DNA of 64,000 nt from a virus. The notes below the pieces were generated by a model that ran no database searches, was not told the origin of the DNA, and saw nothing but the letters and a program-made list of their open reading frames with translations. Positions 44,301 through 53,300 of the stretch are shown piece by piece; position 1 is the stretch's first letter; each line of letters opens with the position of its first letter. The stretch covers positions 1-64,000 of IMG/VR virus record IMGVR_UViG_3300032257_000004, one strand, 5' to 3'. Made by a program: the position numbers and the translations under genes.

Positions 44301-47300
44301 GAATATGGTGGTAGGTCTGCCCATCAAGCGACGTTGGGGCGTAGCCACCGTTGAGTGCCTTTCCGCTGCCTGATTGGGCCATGTAAATGCCCCAATTAGT
44401 GTCGGCACTTGTCCACATAAACAGGCCGCGTGTGCTGCCTCCATCTGTACCGTTCTGAACAACAATTTTAGCACCTGCGCTCGCAGTCAGCACTCCCGTC
44501 ATCGTTCCGCCAGTGAGGGGCAAGTAATTACCGGGAGTGAAGTTGCCACTGTGCCACAGCGTGTTCCATGTTGGAGTTACGGTCGCACCGGCTGTTGTCG
44601 CTCCGCTGAAAGTGGCAACTTGCGCGTTCCCATATCCAAAGCGAAGCGCACCGTATCCTACCGAAGCGTGTGTAAGACTGGTACGGTAGGATACCGCAGC
44701 CCCGTCCCAATTAGCATAGAGATTACCTCCGAATACGCCGTAACCCCCGGCATCGGACGACATATCAGCCCAAATCATCCCCAGCATTCGGGAATTGAGG
44801 TGGTTGGCCACATTGATCTGGCCGTTGCAGGTTACATTACTATCAAAGGTCCATGCGCCGTAACCAACCACACCGGCAGAGTTCGCCGCGATACGGACAG
44901 AGTTGCCGCCATAAAGATAAGTGGTCTGAATATCGTCATCGAACATCAAGTAAGATGCGCCGGAACCGAGTAAGTTTGTGAAAGCCAACTGGTTAGCTGG
45001 GTCTGGCTGGGCTACAATTGTCCAATCAGTGTTCGTTCCGTGACCCTCAAAGCGGATTTTACCACCGACCGAGGCTGTTTCCATAAGCTGTAAACGATCA
45101 CTGTACGTTTGGGCAATTACGTTCCCTTGGTATTGAAGGTAGACACGGTTCGCATCTATGGAGAGATTGACGTTGCCGCCCGCAATCCATCGTTGAGCGT
45201 CTGCAACATGTCGTTCCCAATATGTGTTGCTGTCCGCACCACTAGGATAAATGCGGAAATTGGCAGGATCGAGCCTGATATGGTCGGCAGTTCCATCATG
45301 GGCGTAGAACTCATGCCCCGCGCCAGAGGCCGCACCAGCGTACAGGTTGTCTCCGTTTAGAACAAACTGTAACCGCCCATCGGTATCATCGTCAGTGTGC
45401 CAAGTGCTTGTCCCCATGCCGACAATGCGGTTGCCGTTAAGATCAAAGTCAGACCGGAGGGTGACAATGGCATCAGCCGTGCCGAGGTATAAGAGCCCCG
45501 CCGAATGATCACGCCAGATGATATTGGTTACGCCATCTGTGCTATCCCAAACACAGAAGTCCTGATCGTTCACCTGTATGTAGACACCGCCGCCATCGCC
45601 CGACAGACCGTTGGAGGTCCCTCCGTCCACGACAAGTCGTCCGGTCAGCGTCCCGCCAGTGAGCGGAAGGAATGGCCCGCCTGTCGTATAGCCTTGGCTG
45701 GACACCCACGTTTGGGTCGCTACAGAAGCGCCACCAATTTGCAGGTTAGTCGTGGCGTTCCACGTACCTGTCAACGTACCACCGGCAGAAGTCGTCTCGG
45801 CGCGAATACCACCGTCATAATAGATCGCGGTTGATCCGTTTTTGTTAGCTGCCAGATAGTTCTTGGCCGTGATAATGTCTTGAAGGACAAACTGATCGGC
45901 ACCGATTGGTGAGACCAAGCCCCATGTTCGTGTACCCGACTGGTTCTCAAGAATGATGCGAGCCCCATACGTACCAATGCTATTAACCGTGGTGCCATCA
46001 ATCGCAGTAATCAGCCGATCAACGCCTGCATAACGCGCACGAACCACGTTGGCGTTGATAATCATGTTTTCTACAGTGCCAGCGTAGAAGTTTATTGTGT
46101 CGTCTGCTGACGAATAGATATAGGTGTCGTTGTCGGCATCGAGGTCGATACGCTGACCATCCATATCCAGAACACCAGACATGATCCCACCCGCGAGGGG
46201 AAGGTAGGAGTGAGTGTGTCCGGTGTCAGACTTACCATCAAGCGCCGTTTGTAGGCCGGTCACATTAGCGATGGTGTGCGTATGGGAGGATGCAGCTTTG
46301 CCGTCCAGCGCGGTCTGTAGCCCTGTTACGTCAGAGATCGCGTGGGCGTGACCTGCGAGGGAGACAGCAGTACCCCCAACAGTCAGGGCTGTAGTAGCGT
46401 TCCACGTTCCAGTCAGCGTACCACCGGCAGAAGTCGTGGATAGCTTAATAGCTGTGTCATAGAAAAGATCGACGCCGCCGCCCTGATAGAAATTCGCCAT
46501 CGTTTCGATAGCGGAGCCGTCATAGCTTTGAATAGCGATCTGACCGTTAGCCGCGTGATTTAGATAACCTACATAGGCACCGCTTGGGCCTTGCAACTGT
46601 ATCTGTGCGCCCGCTCCACTAATTCTGGCGGCGTAGATAGACGAATTTACAAACTGCGTGAGTGATGCACCGAACTTGATGCGATTAGCGCCGCTGTACT
46701 GAAGCGAACTGGTCGAAGTCAGGTTGACTGTCGGTGCGACCAGCGTCCCTGTCATAGTATCGCCAGCAAGAGCAACCTTACCGTCCAATGCGGTTTGGAG
46801 CCCCGTTACATTTGCAATGGTGTGAGTGTGGCCCGCAACAGAAACAGCCGTACCACCCACGGTAAGGGAGGACGTGACGTTCCACGCGCCTGTGAGTGTC
46901 CCGCCTGCATCTGTCCATGTTAGAGCAGTGCCGCCGTCCGCAATCAATCGGCCTTGGGTATCGCTGTCACGAACAGCGAAGATGCCGGGTCCGAGTTGCA
47001 GATTATCTTCGTACAGTTGCGAAGATGTGCCGCGAACCACAAACGAAGTCAGAGCCTCCAATCCACCGCTATGCGTAGCTGCTACATCCACGTTGTTATA
47101 GTAAAGATTAACCGAACTACTTCTGTTCGCAATTATGTGGTAGTCGAATTCAAAATCTACATCGCCCGCGTCGTAACTTTGGACGGCGAACTGACCATTG
47201 TTAGAGTGACGTAGGTACATGATGTGGTCGTTGTCACTAGGGGCTTGAAATTGAATGTCCCCGCCCTGAATACCTGACTTACCAACGTAGAGGGGCACGT

Positions 47301-50300
47301 TTACAACGGCTACGTTTGCCACCTGTACACGTAGTTTGTCTTGCCCGTCAGCTTGGAAATCCATTCTACCGGCACTATGGAAGTCGATACCGGTGTCAGT
47401 ATCGTCCAGAGCGAACAGACCATTCTTCGTATAGACCTCAGTTCCGTAAGCCGCGAACAACGCTGTGCCTTCGACGGAAATGCGGTAGTCATCATTACCG
47501 TTCCAGAACGGACCCGTTTGCGTAGTCCCCGTAGCCAGACGCATAATAGGGACAGTTTCCGACCCACCGCCTGCGAGAATGAACCCGCCTGCGTTGTGTA
47601 CTGTGCCTCCACCCATGTTGAGACCGTGGCCGGAAGTCAGAACAATATCGGTGTCACCGATGTTGAACGCCTCGTGACCCGATTCATCGTACATAATCAG
47701 AGTGCCAGCATCATTTATAATCAGTCGGTTGTTACCGCTCGTGTCTTTGAACTCAAGCTGGCCTTGACGGAACATATTGAACCGAATGTTGCCCTCGTGG
47801 TCCCGCATCGACAGCATCCCGTCGTTGCCAAGCTGGCCGATAAAGGCGCTGTAGGAACCATCAGTCTTGGGTTTGAATTCGACTTCACCACCAACACTGG
47901 TATTCTTTCCACTGATCGTGTGACGCCAGTAGGCAATGTCGTTTGCGTTACCGCTAGTGTCTGCGACGTTGGTGTCAATGTTATTGGTGAAACGGTTGCC
48001 GTGACCGACATAGCTTCCAGAACCACCTGCAATAAGGATTGCGTTGTTGACCGTATTATCGCCGTTAGCATCGCCAATGAATTGATTGTGATCGACAATC
48101 GTATGATCGGCATCTACATAAAGATGTGTGACATTGCCAGTTTTGCCTGAAGGGATAGACTCGGTGACGAAGGTGTTACCAATGATGATACCTTCTTCAG
48201 TGTAGGCTGGGTCACCGTCATTGATGACGTTCAGACCAATGAAGGCTTGACCATTAAAGCTGGCTTCGACCGTTGCATCATTCCAGTAAGAGAAGCTGTT
48301 GCTATCTACGTGGAACTGAGAATAACCATCGATCTGCATTGCCATAGATGCAGCGTTAATATGGTTATGGTGAACAACCAGTGAAGGCTGCGTAGTACCG
48401 GTCTTGGCCGTGGCGGTGATACCGATACGAGCGCGCACAATATTGGAATGACTGATATACTGACCTTCAGGGAAACCGAAGATGTTGACACCAATATTGC
48501 AATCACTGGCCGTCAAATGGTCGATGTGGCCTTCAAGGCTTTGACCGTGTGAATTATCATCGGCGTCGATCTGAGTCGTGATGTCGATGGCCGTACCATC
48601 GTAGTAAACAGGTGAGCCGTGAGTTGCATCAGCGTTCGAACCAATGTACCGGATAGATTTCAAGTCGTAGTAAGCTACGTTCTTGAGCATGATACCTTTT
48701 TTGAAGTAGTTGCCGACACCAGTACCGTAAATATTAATGTGTTCAGCGTAGACTCTGGACTCGTTAACGAACGCAATATTACGGTCGAACCAAATGGCTT
48801 CGCCCGTGTCGTCGTTATTATAGATTTCATCCCCAGCTACAGGGCTATAAACACCTACGCTGCGAGGGTCGTAGTCTTCATTCGTTACGAAGAAGCGGCT
48901 AGTTGCTCCGTCATAGCTGGTGATCTGTGCAGTCCAAGTTCTATTAGCCCACGTCCCGTCAGTCGAAGTGAAGATCACATCATCTGCGCTGAAGTTACCG
49001 GTTTCATTGGTGACAGAGATACCAGTTTGGAGATCGGGCCAAGCGACCTTGATAGCCTCGTCCCAAACACCACTGGTAGTGATGGAGAAATCTTTGAATG
49101 CGGCACCAGCGTTGTAACCGTTTACGTTATAAGGCTCCAAACAGAAGGCGGCGTCGGCTACACTGCCTTCGAACAGGAAGGTTGTGGAGTTCTGGCCCGA
49201 ACCATAGAGCATGATACTTTCGGGCAAGAAGACTACATCGTCAAACCGGTAGGTGCCGGGTGGAGCAAAGATAACCGCTTTAGCGCCGCTAGACGTGTAG
49301 AGTTCGTCCGCCACATCCCTTATTCGGGCCAGCATGTCCTCGTAGTTGCCTTGGTTGACTGTAGCCGAATTCTCGGGCCGAATATCAAAGTCCCACAGGC
49401 TATAGACGCGAGAGATTTCGGATACAGATTTGAAGAACATCCGGCCCGGAGACGACACGTCCTCAACCATCGGAACGTTTCTGCGGGAACCGGAATAGTT
49501 CAGCGGCGTATCAGTAAGGTGGGTAAACGTGTTCTCTTCACCTGCCGAACCGGTGGTGTCCCCACTATCTTCCAAGATGAACGAACCGCTACCTGTAGCG
49601 AGCAAGACGATTTCTCGACCTAGTTTGTCGGAGTCGGCAGCTTCAATGTCGCCTTCCGCATCGTAGACTTTCACTCTGAAATAGTGAGTTCCAGCGGTAT
49701 AAGTAGCCTCGGTATCAGTTTGGTCGTAAACGTACTGGCTGAATGTATCGGAGTCTGGCACCGAAGTGTCGTTGTGATCAGACTTAGAGACGTTTTTAAT
49801 TTGGTAGTAATCCGTCGCAGGCTCACCGAAGAGTGAAGCACCGGGGAAAGTATTAACATCGAACTGGTTGGCCGTCGCCCCAGCAGTCGCAACCTTGGTG
49901 TAATCACGATTGGCAATCTTGGTAGCGTTTGCTGTCCACCACGCGTCGTTCTGACCATCAGGGTCGCTGGTGGTGTGCCAGATTTCGATAGTAATTGTGG
50001 CCGGGGGAGTATTGGATTGAATCAGTACATCATATACGGCGTGGCGCGCGGCAACGCGAACGTCGTCAATGTCGTCATCCAAAGTAATCGTATAGAAGTC
50101 GAGGTTGTTGTTCAGCTTGCCAGTGATCTGCTTGGTGCTATAGTTCTGTTTCGAGAAAATCTGGCTGCGCAGATATTCGGGAATCTCGCCAGAACGAAGA
50201 ATAATGTTTCCGACGTCATCCATAAGGGTGAACGAACGCATAGTAACGTGGCCGTTTTTGTCGACCGAGAACGGAGCTCCAGCGCCGAGGAAGCTACCTG

Positions 50301-53300
50301 CCCAAATGCGCCAGTCGTACGAAGAGTTGCCTGACAGGCCAACGAACGAATTCGCGTCAGAGCCAATCTTGATTTCACTTTCAGCGAAGATATGCGTACC
50401 AGTGATGGAATCTGCAACAATGCCCTGACCGTCAATACGGGTTCCGCCTGCGGGAGTCCAGTCGGACAAGACCGTTTGGTTGGCAGTGGCCTTGGAGACC
50501 ATCAGCCTGCGGAATTTGGCAACTTCGGTATTCTCAAGAGATAGACCATTTAATAGAATTCGCATCCGGACAGCGGTGGCCGGGACAGTAAACACTCCTC
50601 CCAGCCGATCCATGTTAGCCAGAGTGCCATCCGTGCTAGCAGTGGTGTTCGAATACGTGAAGTCCTCGCCTGACAGATATCCGCCCGCGTATGCGCTGTA
50701 GAATTGTACAACTAATTGCGCGTTTCCGGCGTTGGTAGCCTGCGCATAAACGGAGGCTTCATACTTTTCGCCTGCCGTAACGTCGTAGTCGTGTCGGTTG
50801 GCTCCGGAAGCGTCGCCCGGTCCTGCATTGTCCGTTTGGTCAGCGGCGGTGGAAGTCAGGACCAAAGCCTGTTCACTGCCGAACGCAGTACCCTCGGCTG
50901 CGGATTCGAACGTCTTGGTTACGTTCGCATTGGTGCCAATTTTGATGCTGGAAAAGTCTGCGGAGAAATCCGAGTTTTGAACCAAATTACGGCTAAAGCC
51001 CACGTTCATAGCGGCGGCGGAGACTGTACCGGCTACCAAAAGGTTGCCATCTATTTCAACATTAGTGGCGTCCATCCGAATCTTGGTGCCAGTAACTTGG
51101 AATACTGGAAGATTGGCAGCGGCGTTGGAATTCCAAATGGAGAAGTCGTCGGCTTGGAAACCGATTTCCGACATCAGGGCACCGTCGCCCCCGGCGCGCG
51201 AAGTCAACCAAGCGCGAGCAACGGTATTCGCATTTCCGGTCCCGGCCTGAGTCTGGAGCATAATGGTGGCGGTGGATGTTCCGCCATCGAACAGAGCCTC
51301 TTGGAAGATATCTGCCCGAGCCTTGGTCTCAGAATAGGACAAATCGCCGTACGCCACAAACGCGGATTTGTGGATTCGCCACTTGTCGTTGGTAGTTTGG
51401 TCGGAAGAATCAGCTGGGGCGATCCACCATACAGTGGGATCAGCAGTCCCCCAAGCCACGGCTCCGGCATCGGTCGACCCCTCCAGATCGAACACGAACG
51501 TGTACATTTTGCCGGTTTCGTAATAGGCGTTTTCGTTTTTATTGACGGCATGCAACCATGCACCACCGTTGTTGGTGCCGGAGCGCCAGTTGAATTCCGG
51601 GGTGACGGGAATATCCGCTTGTCCACTCACGAATTCCATCACGACTACTGCGTACCGAACCCTCTCCCAGTCGACAGCGGCTTGTTGATCGGCGGAAAGG
51701 GCCCAACCAGCGTAGATTTGTCCAGTGTCGGCAGTGGCGGTGATCTCGATCCCATTATTGGCCAGAGCAGTAGTTACTGACGCCTTGGACGTGGCGTCTC
51801 CAGAACCGGTTCCGTCGTTCCACTGCCAGACAAGATCGGGGTGAACGTCTGTCAGGTTCGGCAAGACAGCGCCTGCTTCAACAGTATCTAGGCGATACGC
51901 GAGTGCAGTATCGCCATTTTGGCGACCCAAAATCTCTTGCGCGATTCGGGCGTATACAGAACCTCCGGCATCGGCGGTGTCACCAGCATCGCCCACCAGA
52001 ATTTCGGTGTTGGAAACTCTTTGCTCAAGCGGAGCGTTTACTCCGACCAGCGAGCGCATCGAATCGATTCCGCCAGAGACGCTTTCCTTTGTCCCAACGG
52101 CCAGCAGCACGTCTGTATTGGCCGGAGTAAACGCAACCCCCGCCGTGTTGGTGTTGTCGTGAGCGTACCATTGGTCATTAACGTCGTCGTAGGTTACTAC
52201 ACCCACGTATGCATTGCCGGTGGCCGGGTCAGTCAGACCCCCGCCAAATCTCGAACTCCAATCGGAATTGGAGTACATGATATAGAAGCGCTCGCCCCGT
52301 GGAACAGTCGAACCCTCCCATGGGGTGAGGATGTTGAAGGGAGTGTGGAAAATCTGGCCATTAGTACCAGTTTCGTCGATTCGGCCAAGAGTCGGGTGGT
52401 TGAACCAACCATCGCCGCCATCGTCTACACCATTCGATACTCGAATCTCTCCGTCGTCCGCCCCAGTAGTGAGTTCGTTCTTGTGGAAATAAGCGTCGCC
52501 ATTTACACCGCCAGAGATGCCGGGGGGAATGACGGATTTACCGATTTCCATCACCCGGTTGATTTCGTCTTGGACCGTACCTGCAAGTTTGGTCAGAGTG
52601 ATTGAACCATCGGGAATGTCGTCGATCGGTTCCAGAGTGGTAATGCTGCCCTCGTCCGAAGCCACCAGCCCATCAGTTCCGAATTCGTCGTACACCGCGT
52701 ACTTGTAGTAATAGGTCGTGTCGGCGCTGGCGCTAAACGAGGGTTTGCCGGGGCCCTTAAAAACGACATTTCCATCGGTGGTAGAAACGCTGGGGGAAGT
52801 GTCCGCCCAAACAATCATTCCCCGGAAGTCGGGGTCGTTAGGCTCCAGATAATCGAAGTAAATTTCGCGATACGACGCCGTAATGGTTACGTCTGGAAGG
52901 GCGGGTTTAGTATTCGTTACAGTCAGCGATTCGGTTCGACCAACTTCGTTGTACCGATTTACATACGACACTTCCACTTCGAAAGATCGAAGGGGTGCGC
53001 CATTGTTGTCGTCGAAATTGTTTTCGTACGTATAAGTATAGAAGTTGTCAGTAACGAATTCTCGACGGAGCAGATTTCCGTTTCCATCCCGGACGTCCAC
53101 TTGGTAGTGTTGAAACAGAGGGTCCGTGGAGGACGAATCCCCACCGAAGCGTTCGGCACCGGGGCTCTGCGCCATTCCGGAGGCTCTGCGCCACGTGAAC
53201 ACCGCGTCCTTGCCCTCGAATTCCGTGTTGTTGCCCTGTTCGAACAACTCCAGACCGCTGACCGATGGGGCGGGAATAGGGGAGGTAGATTCGACCGTGA

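Noticed and set aside
41296-47000. Diversity-generating retroelement or invertase-based fibre switching
   Set aside because: No reverse transcriptase or recombinase, and no template/variable repeat pair differing only at adenines was seen
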